Assembly (NCBI GenBank): GCA_009699375.1
Contig: WLOF01000001.1
Span: 1 to 55,632, forward strand
DNA: 55,632 nt
Direction of reading: 5' to 3'
Source: Actinomycetota bacterium
Lineage (GTDB): Bacteria; Actinomycetota; Actinomycetes; Nanopelagicales; Nanopelagicaceae
The notes below the pieces were generated by a model. The model did not search any database. It was not told the origin of the DNA and was given only the letters and a program-made list of their open reading frames with translations. Shown here in pieces: positions 47,399 through 55,632 of the stretch; the stretch's first letter is position 1, and each line of letters begins with the position of its first letter. The position numbers and the translations under genes are program-made.

Positions 47399-48696
47399 GA
47401 TTTCGTTTAATGGCTCTCATATTTCTACTCAGTGCGGCGACTTTAGTTTCCGCAAATTTACTTGAAAAAAAAGCAAGCTTAAATAAATTTTCCCAGACTT
47501 TCCCTGCATCAGTTTGCCCTCCAACCGGAGCGGGGCTCAACGGTCAAGTTTCAACTGGTTCCCGTAATACTCTTTCGCGCAAAGTTATTCGAAACTCTAC
47601 TGTTCTAGTTCCCGTTAAAAGTGCGCGCTTTCCGGTTGGGGCATACCCAGTACTTTTAGAGGGCTCTTCAATGACTTCACTTACATGGCAAAGTTTGTCC
47701 TCAAAGTGGGCTGGAGCCACTTTGTGTAAATCTCCGGCAAATAATGAATGGTTTGTCGGAGGAACTGGAGATGTAACCAGCAAAGGACGTCTACTACTTG
47801 TTAATAGCGGGCTAAGCAAAGCAATTGTCGATGTTGCGCTGTGGAGCGAGAATGGCCCACTTGCAGCTAAAGTTTTTACAGTTAAACCTAATTCTTTTTC
47901 TCAAGTGCGACTGGATGCATTAGCAGTAGCTCAGAACCAACTCGTTGTGCGAGTAACACCAAGATCTGGTCGAGTAAGTACATTCATGATTGATGAACGT
48001 TCAAAGGGTTTACGTAGTTTAGGGGGGGATTTTGTGAATTCAGTCGCAACCCCTAAGACCGATTTCATGATTACAGGAATTCCAAACCAAATTGTTAAAT
48101 CACGGTCAGTTGGTCATATTTTGAGAATACTTTCACCAGGAAATGCCAAAGCAACAGTGAGCGTTGAATTGATTTCGAGTGACGGCACCTTCAATCCCGT
48201 AGGTTTAGATTCCTTCGACGTGGCGCGCGGGTTGGTTACTGAGGTAACTTTTTCTCCAAATATTCAATCCAATGTATTTTCACTTCATGTGAAGTCAGAT
48301 CAGCCAATCCTTGCCTCGGTGTACTCACAAATCGTGGTTTCAGGACGTAAAGATTTCTTATGGAATATCGCTTCAACCCAGATTGCTCCTATGTCCCTTG
48401 GAGTTTCCGGTTTAGAGCCCACATTGACTTTCACTGGCAACCAGATACGTGTGGGTGTTGAGAGCCATATGGATAATGGGCGGGTGAGTGTAAAAATGAT
48501 CAAAGGGACTGACATCGTGTCGTGGAAAGTGAAAAGCGGAACGCGGTCAATCAAAATTATTTCTAGTTCACCGGGTGTATATGGATCGGGTCTTGTTACT
48601 TCAGCAAATGGAATCGGGACTTTCCCCTTGACTCCGGGAAGTCTCCTTAGCCGAGTCGCAATCCCCAGCTCCAACATCTCTGTCATAAATCGGTGA
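47395..48696 (+). CDS. DUF5719 family protein (N-terminally anchored/secreted, beta-rich)
   Basis: 433 aa. N-terminal MRFRLMALIFLLSAATLVSA signal/anchor. ATGA overlap with the GT stop and GGAGGAG SD. The DUF5719 assignment rests on conserved position after the whiB-linked GT, not on any motif I can name. Confidence 0.65.
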   Translation: MRFRLMALIFLLSAATLVSANLLEKKASLNKFSQTFPASVCPPTGAGLNGQVSTGSRNTLSRKVIRNSTVLVPVKSARFPVGAYPVLLEGSSMTSLTWQSLSSKWAGATLCKSPANNEWFVGGTGDVTSKGRLLLVNSGLSKAIVDVALWSENGPLAAKVFTVKPNSFSQVRLDALAVAQNQLVVRVTPRSGRVSTFMIDERSKGLRSLGGDFVNSVATPKTDFMITGIPNQIVKSRSVGHILRILSPGNAKATVSVELISSDGTFNPVGLDSFDVARGLVTEVTFSPNIQSNVFSLHVKSDQPILASVYSQIVVSGRKDFLWNIASTQIAPMSLGVSGLEPTLTFTGNQIRVGVESHMDNGRVSVKMIKGTDIVSWKVKSGTRSIKIISSSPGVYGSGLVTSANGIGTFPLTPGSLLSRVAIPSSNISVINR

Positions 48697-48754
48697 CGCG
48701 CAAGTAAGGCTGTGGCTCCGCAATTTTTCTCACTTCCCCCACTAGCCTTATGAC

Positions 48755-49129
48755 ATGTCTTCAATGTCACGACTTGGACGGGGTTGTTCCCGAGGTGGTT
48801 GCCGCAGAAAAGCGGTCATGACGTTGACGTATGTATATGCAGATTCAGTTGCAGTTGTAGGCCCACTAGCTACTTTTGCAGAACCGCATTCTTATGATTT
48901 GTGTGAATTACATGGCGACCGCTTAACTGTTCCCAACGGCTGGAATGTTATTCGCCAAGAACGTGATGAAGATGAATCCGGACCTACGCAGGATGATTTG
49001 ATGGCAATCGCAGATGCAGTTCGCGAGGTAGGAAATAGCGCAACTCAGAGCGCCAGTAATTCAGATTCAACTAGCTCTCAGAATCCGCAAACAGGTAGAC
49101 GTGGGCACCTTCGCGCTGTACCTTCTTAG
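48755..49129 (+). CDS. DUF3499 domain protein (putative zinc-ribbon)
   Basis: CSRGGCRRKAVMTLTYVYADSVAVVGPLATFAEPHSYDLCELHGDRLTVPNGW matches the DUF3499 pattern. Acidic/Ser-rich tail. Confidence 0.8.
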   Translation: MSSMSRLGRGCSRGGCRRKAVMTLTYVYADSVAVVGPLATFAEPHSYDLCELHGDRLTVPNGWNVIRQERDEDESGPTQDDLMAIADAVREVGNSATQSASNSDSTSSQNPQTGRRGHLRAVPS

Positions 49130-49132
49130 ATT

Positions 49133-50503
49133 GTGACCCACGTAGAAACTTCAAAAGTTTTCAAGGCCTATGACATTAGAGGCTTAGTAAAAGATCAATT
49201 AACCCCAGATTTCGCTTTCCAAACTGGTTTAGCATTTGCTCGATTTCTTGAAACGGAGCGCGAGCCCGGCACGCTAATTGTCGCCGAAGATATGCGCCCA
49301 TCTTCTCCATTGTTAGCAGATGCTTTTTCTGCAGGTGCTGTATCGAATGGAATGGACGTTATTCGTATCGGCTTGGCTTCCACCGACATGATGTATTTCG
49401 CTTCAGGCAAACTCAATTTACCCGGAGCGATGTTTACGGCAAGCCATAATCCCGCTGAATATAACGGCATCAAACTCTGTAAAAGTGGAGCCAAACCCAT
49501 TGGGGCCGACACGGGGCTTAAGACCATTGAAAGATTTGTACTTGATGGAAATCCAATTGTGATGAGATCTATCGGACGTGAAACAGAAAGAAACCTGCTG
49601 AGTGAATATGTAGAACATTTACTCTCGCTCGTAGATGTAACTGACATTCGACCTTTAAAAATTGTTATTGATGCCGGAAACGGCATGGCGGGATATACAG
49701 CCCCGGCGCTATTTCAGCGAATGAATGTTGAAGTCATTCCATTATTTTTTGAGTTAGATGGAACCTTCCCCAACCACGAAGCCAATCCAATCGAGCCCGC
49801 TAACCTCAAAGATTTGCAAAAGGCAGTTATTAAGCACAAAGCCGACATTGGGTTGGCATTTGACGGCGATGCAGATCGATGTTTCTTGGTAGATGAAAAA
49901 GGTGGCATTGTTGACCCATCATCACTTACTGCGTTAATTGCGCAAAGAGAATTAATTAAAAAACCTCACTCTTCTATTATTTACAATTTAATCTCATCTC
50001 GCGCTGTTCCTGAAGTTATTGAAGAAAATAACGGTAAGGCAATTCGAAGTCGTGTAGGACATTCCTATATCAAAAAGCTCATGGCAGAGACTGGAGCTAT
50101 TTTTGGGGGAGAACATTCTGGGCATTTCTACTTCAAAAACTTTTGGTATGCAGACTCAGGCGCTCTCGCTGCACTCCATGCGATTGCAGCGCTAGGTGAG
50201 CAAAAGTCAACGCTTTCTAAATTGCTTAAACCTTTTATTAGATATGTCTCAAGTGGTGAAATAAATTCAACTGTTGGTAAATCAGAAGAAGTATTACTTG
50301 CCTTAGAACAGAAGTACTCCACATTGGGTGAAGTGGATCATCTAGACGGATTGACAGTGATAGCTGACGGTTGGTGGTTTAATGTTCGACCTTCCAACAC
50401 AGAACCGTTACTGCGACTCAATGTCGAAGCCAAAACTCAAGCCAGACTTGACCGACTCTCGGATGAACTTTTAGCCGTAATTCGCGCCCCTGAATATGCC
50501 TAA
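49133..50503 (+). CDS. manB: phosphomannomutase/phosphoglucomutase
   Basis: 456 aa. FTASHNPAEYNGIK phosphoserine loop, FDGDADR metal loop, GGEHSGH sugar loop. GTG start. Confidence 0.9.
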   Translation: MTHVETSKVFKAYDIRGLVKDQLTPDFAFQTGLAFARFLETEREPGTLIVAEDMRPSSPLLADAFSAGAVSNGMDVIRIGLASTDMMYFASGKLNLPGAMFTASHNPAEYNGIKLCKSGAKPIGADTGLKTIERFVLDGNPIVMRSIGRETERNLLSEYVEHLLSLVDVTDIRPLKIVIDAGNGMAGYTAPALFQRMNVEVIPLFFELDGTFPNHEANPIEPANLKDLQKAVIKHKADIGLAFDGDADRCFLVDEKGGIVDPSSLTALIAQRELIKKPHSSIIYNLISSRAVPEVIEENNGKAIRSRVGHSYIKKLMAETGAIFGGEHSGHFYFKNFWYADSGALAALHAIAALGEQKSTLSKLLKPFIRYVSSGEINSTVGKSEEVLLALEQKYSTLGEVDHLDGLTVIADGWWFNVRPSNTEPLLRLNVEAKTQARLDRLSDELLAVIRAPEYA

Positions 50504-50569
50504 ATGAGCGCTAAGCGGTAACCTATGCATCTTACGTACTGAAGAAATAGCCCTTAGAAGGAGATATCT

Positions 50570-51853
50570 GTGAACTCACCTGTTACCACGACACTTGCGC
50601 ACGACATTGCCGATGCGTCACTTGCACAAGAAGGTCGCAAAAGAATTGAGTGGGCAGAGCGCAACATGCCCGTGTTGGCACAGATCCGCGATCGTTTTCA
50701 AGCGAGCCAGCCATTTAAGGGCGTTCGAATTGCAGCATGTATGCACGTAACAACAGAGACGGCAAATCTCATGCGCACGCTTAAAATTGGCGGAGCAGAG
50801 ATTGCACTCTGTGCTTCTAATCCACTTTCGACACAAGATGATGTTGCTGCAGCACTCGTGCACGAATATGGAATCAGCGTTTTTGCTCGCAATGCTGTTG
50901 ATAGAGATGGTTACTACTCACATATCAACGCAGCGCTTGATATTGCCCCACACCAAGTATTCGACGATGGTTGCGACTTAGTGAACACTCTTCACACAAC
51001 ACGCACAGAGATGTTGGCTGGAATTACAGGCGGGTGTGAAGAAACCACAACAGGCGTCATTCGATTGAGCCAAATGGCTAAAGACGGAGCTCTTAAGTTT
51101 CCAATGGTTGCCGTAAACGATACAGACACGAAACATATGTTTGATAACCGTTACGGAACAGGTCAATCTACTTTAGACGCAGTGTTTCGTTCCACAAACT
51201 TTTTACTTGCCGGAAGCATTGTCGTTGTAGCGGGATTTGGTTACTGCGGAAAAGGTGTCGCGGAAAGAGCAAAAGGTATGGGAGCAGATGTCATTGTCAC
51301 AGAAATCGACCCAACAAAAGCTCTCGATGCAATGATGCAAGGTTTCCGTGTGATGCCGATGGTTGATGCAGCTGCAGTTGGAGATGTTTTCATTACCGTT
51401 ACAGGAAATCGCGACGTATTGCGTGAAGAACATTTCAAGGTCATGAAAGATGGAGCGATTATGGCTAACTCCGGCCACTTCGATATTGAAATTGATGTGG
51501 CTTGGCTAGAGCAAAAAGCATCAAAGAAGAATTCAAAAATTCGCCATCAGACTGATGAATATGTCATGTCAGATGGACGTAGATTGCTTCTTCTTGCAGA
51601 AGGTCGCTTAGTAAATCTCGGTGCCGCAGAAGGACATCCTGCAGCAGTTATGGATATGTCATTTTCTGATCAAGCTCTAACAGCAGAATGGTTAGTTGCA
51701 GAATCGAAGAATTTGAAGCCTGGCTTACACAATGTCCCAGTTCATATTGACAAAGAAGTTGCAAAACTTAAGTTGAAGAGCATGGGCGGGGAAATTGACA
51801 CCCTTACACCTGCACAGGATATGTATCTCAATTCGTGGGAACACGGTAGCTAA
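50570..51853 (+). CDS. ahcY: adenosylhomocysteinase (short form without the ~40-aa insertion)
   Basis: 427 aa. DDGCDLVNTLH...GGCEETTTGV, VNDTDTKHMFDNRYG and GFGYCGKGVA NAD motifs. GTG start after GAAGGAG. Confidence 0.93.
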   Translation: MNSPVTTTLAHDIADASLAQEGRKRIEWAERNMPVLAQIRDRFQASQPFKGVRIAACMHVTTETANLMRTLKIGGAEIALCASNPLSTQDDVAAALVHEYGISVFARNAVDRDGYYSHINAALDIAPHQVFDDGCDLVNTLHTTRTEMLAGITGGCEETTTGVIRLSQMAKDGALKFPMVAVNDTDTKHMFDNRYGTGQSTLDAVFRSTNFLLAGSIVVVAGFGYCGKGVAERAKGMGADVIVTEIDPTKALDAMMQGFRVMPMVDAAAVGDVFITVTGNRDVLREEHFKVMKDGAIMANSGHFDIEIDVAWLEQKASKKNSKIRHQTDEYVMSDGRRLLLLAEGRLVNLGAAEGHPAAVMDMSFSDQALTAEWLVAESKNLKPGLHNVPVHIDKEVAKLKLKSMGGEIDTLTPAQDMYLNSWEHGS

Positions 51854-52539
51854 TGACCTTGGTTATGGTCGTCGATGACGACCAGGACCTACTCGAGCAG
51901 TTGGGAATTGTTCTTACAGGTGAAGGATTCGATGTTGACTTAGTTGCACGTGGCGACGAAGTTATAGAAGTTTTTCGAAATAATCCACCAGATTTAGTTC
52001 TGCTCGACGTCATGCTTCCTGGAATTGATGGAATAGAAGTTTGTCGATTGATCAGACTTGAGTCCATGGTCCCAATCGTGATGCTGAGTGCAAAAGGCGA
52101 TACACAAGACGTCGTTTTAGGCCTTGAAGCCGGCGCAGATGACTACATGGTGAAACCCTTTAGACACACATCAGAATTAATTGCTCGAATAAAAACCCGA
52201 TTGCGTCGTACAAACGTTGGCTCGATTGGAAAACTCAATCTTGCAGATTTGGCAATTGACCTTGTCGCACACCAAATCACAAGGCAAGGCAAGGCGATTC
52301 AACTTACTCGCCTTGAATTTGATTTGTTGGTGGCACTTGCTAAAGAACCAGGTCGAGTTTTTTCTCGTGACGAACTATTAAGTGAAGTGTGGGGCTATCA
52401 ACACTCAACTGACACACGGTTAGTGAATGTTCACGTTCAGAGATTGCGCTCAAAAATCGAAAAAGACCCTGAGAATCCATTGATCGTTGTAACAGTTCGA
52501 GGAGTGGGTTATAAAGCTGGAGCGACGGGTGCATCGTGA
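51853..52539 (+). CDS. mtrA: OmpR-family response regulator MtrA
   Basis: 228 aa. Receiver domain (VVDDD, DLVLLDVMLPGIDG, K at MVKPF) plus winged helix (VWGY...TRLVNVHVQRLRSKIE). Synteny with mtrB. TAATG junction with ahcY. Confidence 0.92.
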   Translation: MTLVMVVDDDQDLLEQLGIVLTGEGFDVDLVARGDEVIEVFRNNPPDLVLLDVMLPGIDGIEVCRLIRLESMVPIVMLSAKGDTQDVVLGLEAGADDYMVKPFRHTSELIARIKTRLRRTNVGSIGKLNLADLAIDLVAHQITRQGKAIQLTRLEFDLLVALAKEPGRVFSRDELLSEVWGYQHSTDTRLVNVHVQRLRSKIEKDPENPLIVVTVRGVGYKAGATGAS

Positions 52540-54101
52540 GTTCTACACGGAGAACCCGACTTCGTAATTCTTTAGCAGTAAAGGTTATCTTTTCAACAGT
52601 CGTACTCTCACTCGTGCTTTTTGGAATAGTAGGGTCAGCGCTATACAACAAGTTTTCGGATGGAATTCTCAATGTGAAATTGGATTCTTCTATTGCAGAA
52701 ACTCGCTCAGCAGTCTTTAACGCACAGTACCGATTTTCTTTCGTGGGCAATTCAAAACAAGCAGTAATTGGAAGCATCGTCAAAGATATAGTTGCAAATT
52801 CAGCAACAATTAGTGCAACAGTAAACGGACGAGAAATTGCATTATTGAGAAGTGACGCTTTAACTTCAGGAGAAGTTGATTATCAATCTACTTCAAATTT
52901 AGTTAACCCAAGTGTGATTCCTGAAGAATTACGAAAGCGTGTAAGGAAGAATCTTGGGACAGAATGGGCGCTAACGACAATTACCTACGCAAGTGGAAAT
53001 CGACTTCCTGGGCTTGCAGTTGGGCAGGCAATCACCATTCCAACAGTGGGTCGTTATGAGATGTATTTGATTTTTAGTTTAGTCAATCAAAATGCCACGT
53101 TGGACCTTGTCCGCACCTATTTGCTGATTGCAGGTATTTTCTTACTTTTCCTTATCGGACTCATCACTTGGCTCGTGGTAAGACAAGTTGTGAAACCAGT
53201 TCAAGATGCTGCACGGATTGCAGAGAAATTTACTACAGGTGATTTTGGTCAGCGAATGCCCATAAAGAGCAATGATGAGATCGCTAGCCTCGGAACCTCA
53301 TTCAACGACATGGCTAGCTCGCTACAAACTCAGATCCTTCGGCTTGAAAATCTTTCCTTGGTCCAACAACGATTTGTTTCTGATGTATCCCATGAATTGA
53401 GGACTCCATTAACGACTTTGCGAATGGCTTCCGATGTTGTTCATTCTGCGCGAAACAATTTTGATCCAAGCGTTGCTCGAAGTGCAGAATTACTTGCTGC
53501 TCAGATTGATAGATTTGATAGGTTGCTAGAAGACCTTCTCGAAGTAAGTAGATTCGATGCAGAGGTAGCAGTGTTAGAGTGTGTGAAATTTGATATATCT
53601 GAGCTCATTGAGCGCTGTATCGCAGATCTTTCACTTGTCGCAAAAGAGCGTGGAGCTGAAATTGATTTTAGTTCCACTGGTTACGCAGTCATGATTGAGG
53701 CGGATTCTCGTCGTGTAGAGAGAATTTTGAGAAATCTCATCAATAACGCAATTGAATACTCAGATTCCAAGCCAGTCCAAGTGAAAATTGTTGAGTCACA
53801 AGGAACGATTGCAGTTGGAGTTCGAGACCATGGAATTGGTCTAGAAGCAGAAGCAGCATTTCGAGTGTTCGACAGGTTTTGGAGAGCAGATCCTTCTAGA
53901 GCGCGAGTTCGTGGTGGAACAGGTTTAGGACTTTCCATTGCCCTTGAAGATGCGCGTTTACATAATGGAGAGTTAGAGGCGTGGGGTCGACCAGGCAAAG
54001 GGGCCCACTTTGTTCTCACACTTCCTAAAGAAGCGGGTCAACAAATTGAAAGTAGATTGATTCGTTTAGAACCATTGGATTATTACTCCACAGAGTCCTA
54101 A
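52536..54101 (+). CDS. mtrB: sensor histidine kinase MtrB
   Basis: 521 aa. Two TM helices flanking an extracytoplasmic loop, HAMP, H-box SHELRTPL, and N/G boxes (NLINNAIEY, GTGLGLSI). 4-nt overlap with mtrA. Confidence 0.9.
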   Translation: MSSTRRTRLRNSLAVKVIFSTVVLSLVLFGIVGSALYNKFSDGILNVKLDSSIAETRSAVFNAQYRFSFVGNSKQAVIGSIVKDIVANSATISATVNGREIALLRSDALTSGEVDYQSTSNLVNPSVIPEELRKRVRKNLGTEWALTTITYASGNRLPGLAVGQAITIPTVGRYEMYLIFSLVNQNATLDLVRTYLLIAGIFLLFLIGLITWLVVRQVVKPVQDAARIAEKFTTGDFGQRMPIKSNDEIASLGTSFNDMASSLQTQILRLENLSLVQQRFVSDVSHELRTPLTTLRMASDVVHSARNNFDPSVARSAELLAAQIDRFDRLLEDLLEVSRFDAEVAVLECVKFDISELIERCIADLSLVAKERGAEIDFSSTGYAVMIEADSRRVERILRNLINNAIEYSDSKPVQVKIVESQGTIAVGVRDHGIGLEAEAAFRVFDRFWRADPSRARVRGGTGLGLSIALEDARLHNGELEAWGRPGKGAHFVLTLPKEAGQQIESRLIRLEPLDYYSTES

Positions 54102-54126
54102 TTCTGAGAAGTGGCACGACTTTTCT

Positions 54127-54783
54127 TTGTACCACAATCACTATATGGAAATTGCAGGGAAATTAGGTCACATACTTTTCCCGCCTCGGTGCCTGGGTTG
54201 TGGAGTATTAAGTTCAAAATTATGCATCGCATGTGAATCTGAGTGGTCGCAAAAAAATTTGATCACAGCGCTCCCAGAGACAATTGTATATTCTTCAAGG
54301 CACTATTCCAATACCGCACAGCACATTCTTTTAGCGGCAAAGGAACACGGAATAGAAAAGGCGAAGAGTTATATCTGCTCTGCAATTAATGATGCCATCT
54401 CTCACATTCCAAGAATTGAAACTGTTAGAGCTCTTATAGTTCCAATTCCTTCACAGAAAAGTGCCATTCGCAAACGTGGCCACAATTTTCTGGCAGATAT
54501 TGTGGCAACTCTCGGAAAGGAGAATCGAAAAGAAACGGCCAATATCTTGATACATCGAAGATCTGTACTTGATCAATCTCGATTGCCTGCTCGTGAGCGA
54601 TTTGAAAATCTTGCAGGCGCACTTTCCACAACAAGAACACTTGGCCGAGGCGAACTGGTGATTCTTGTCGATGACCTTGTCACCACAGGGGCTACCTTAG
54701 GAGAGGCTGTAAAAACCCTGGAAGGTGCGGGATTTAAGGTCATTTGTGCGGTTACTGCTTGCGTGGCTCTTCCTCTACGATAA
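54127..54783 (+). CDS. ComF family protein / phosphoribosyltransferase domain protein
   Basis: N-terminal Cys pairs (PPRCLGCG ... CIACE) and PRTase motif ILVDDLVTTGATL. Start uncertain (TTG 54127 from the track, or ATG 54145). Confidence 0.82.
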   Translation: MYHNHYMEIAGKLGHILFPPRCLGCGVLSSKLCIACESEWSQKNLITALPETIVYSSRHYSNTAQHILLAAKEHGIEKAKSYICSAINDAISHIPRIETVRALIVPIPSQKSAIRKRGHNFLADIVATLGKENRKETANILIHRRSVLDQSRLPARERFENLAGALSTTRTLGRGELVILVDDLVTTGATLGEAVKTLEGAGFKVICAVTACVALPLR

Positions 54784-54849
54784 GCACAGGGACTGGAAGA
54801 GGACATACGTGCTCGAACCAGACGAAGAACTTACGTGAAGGGTATGTGA

Positions 54850-55632
54850 ATGCCAGCATTTCTTGATCGAATTTTGCGTGCGGGCGAAGGACGCGTTCTT
54901 CGTGACTTGAGCAAAGTGGTCACTGCGGTAAATTCTCATGAAATTTCTATTTCCGCTCTGAGCGACGACGAACTTCGCAATATGACAGCTATCTTTAAAG
55001 AGAGAATTGAAAAGGGCGAAACTTTAGATGATCTTTTGCCTGAAGCATTTGCTGTCGTTCGAGAAGCCGCAAAAAGAACTTTGGGGCAACGTCATTACGA
55101 TGTACAACTCATGGGTGGAGCAGCGCTTCATCGGGGCAATATTGCAGAAATGCGAACGGGTGAAGGAAAGACTTTAGTTGCAACACTGCCTTCATATCTC
55201 AATGCACTTGCAGGTAAAGGCGTGCACGTTGTAACAACGAACGATTATTTGGCAGAGCGCGATAGCGAATGGATGGGTCGAATTCATAGATTCCTCGGCA
55301 TGCGCGTTGGCGTAATTTTGGCATCGATGACTCCGGCAGAGCGGCGCGAAGCGTATAACGCGGATATTACATATGGCACAAATAATGAATTTGGTTTTGA
55401 TTACCTTCGAGACAATATGGCTTGGACTCTTGAAGATTGCGTTCAGAGGAAGCATTTCTTCGCGGTAGTCGACGAAGTTGACTCGATTTTGATTGATGAA
55501 GCGCGGACACCGTTAATCATTAGTGGGCCAGCTGATAAAGCAACGAAGTGGTATGTCGAGTTCAATACTATTGCTGGAAAATTACAACGAGATGTTCACT
55601 ATGAAGTAGATGAAAAGAAGAAAATAAGTAGC
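54850..55632 (+). CDS. secA: preprotein translocase ATPase SecA, N-terminal fragment (3' end outside window)
   Basis: Not in the ORF track because there is no stop in the window. My translation from ATG 54850 gives [20 protein letters not shown]...[38 protein letters not shown]...[19 protein letters not shown], open to nt 55632 (261 codons). Confidence 0.95.
   Translation, partial: MPAFLDRILRAGEGRVLRDLSKVVTAVNSHEISISALSDDELRNMTAIFKERIEKGETLDDLLPEAFAVVREAAKRTLGQRHYDVQLMGGAALHRGNIAEMRTGEGKTLVATLPSYLNALAGKGVHVVTTNDYLAERDSEWMGRIHRFLGMRVGVILASMTPAERREAYNADITYGTNNEFGFDYLRDNMAWTLEDCVQRKHFFAVVDEVDSILIDEARTPLIISGPADKATKWYVEFNTIAGKLQRDVHYEVDEKKKISS

Noticed and set aside
50504-50569. A possible SAH riboswitch upstream of ahcY. 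More generally, riboswitches, tRNAs or sRNAs in the few spacers (24506-24608, 24798-24922, 27238-27303, 31618-31688, 41462-41547).
   Set aside because: The ahcY spacer is only 66 nt and lacks the conserved SAH-element sequence as I remember it. The other spacers show no cloverleaf, T-loop (GTTCGAATC-like) or extended conserved stems. Nothing can be supported without covariance-model searches (Infernal/Rfam, tRNAscan-SE).
1-55632. A search for accessory or mobile content: integrases, transposases, IS ends, CRISPR repeats, toxin-antitoxin pairs, restriction-modification or other defence genes, and compositional islands.
   Set aside because: None was found. Every ORF over 60 aa that I accept belongs to a housekeeping or conserved actinobacterial family. 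Gene order follows blocks known from mycobacterial and streptomycete chromosomes, and composition looks uniform by eye. GC and k-mer profiles were not computed.

Overview
This is a densely packed (about 97% coding by eye), mid-40s % GC (not computed) chromosomal core segment of an actinobacterium. WhiB, MshB, MtrAB, DUF3117, DUF3107, DUF3499 and the AccA/AccE/AccD + BirA + PurKE synteny are all actinobacterial hallmarks. The low GC and extreme compaction suggest a streamlined freshwater lineage such as Nanopelagicales/acI, but that is inference only. I support 59 CDS (two partial at the window edges), one intergenic tandem repeat and one candidate promoter. I saw no rRNA, tRNA, CRISPR array, transposase, integrase or prophage genes.

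Gene content, in order:
- Nucleoside uptake and catabolism: ABC permeases, cdd, deoA and add, converging on an ALDH pair, deoC, a phosphopentomutase-like mutase and punA.
- Acyl-CoA carboxylase (accA, maf, accE, accD), then birA and purKE.
- Envelope genes: ugd, LCP, GT2, SpoIID.
- dapD, LOG, an orphan sigma region-4 protein, DUF3117, pepA, an O-methyltransferase, htrA, tatB, mrp, and the DUF1003 / MgtE-N-CBS pair.
- EamA, PHP, MarC, DUF2236, a ParA-like protein, a DEAD-box helicase, DUF3107 and TetR.
- mshB, cysS, a GNAT, fdxA, dapC and manC.
- whiB, a giant membrane GT2, DUF5719, DUF3499 and manB.
- ahcY, mtrA, mtrB, comF and secA.

The window looks like conserved core genome, not an accessory island, and I found no convincing defence-type or mobile novel system. 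The best candidates for a second look are:
- the uncharacterised whiB-linked giant-glycosyltransferase/DUF5719/DUF3499 module, flanked by GDP-mannose supply genes;
- a probable CTG-initiated dapC, in frame behind fdxA;
- a 3 x 19-bp tandem repeat in the tetR/mshB control region;
- a catalytic-domain-less ALDH paralog translationally coupled to a full ALDH;
- loss of lpqB (and hpf) from the mtrAB-comF-secA locus;
- an orphan sigma-4-only protein;
- a ParA-like protein with a degenerate Walker A motif.

All family assignments come from motif recognition by eye. No database search was run.
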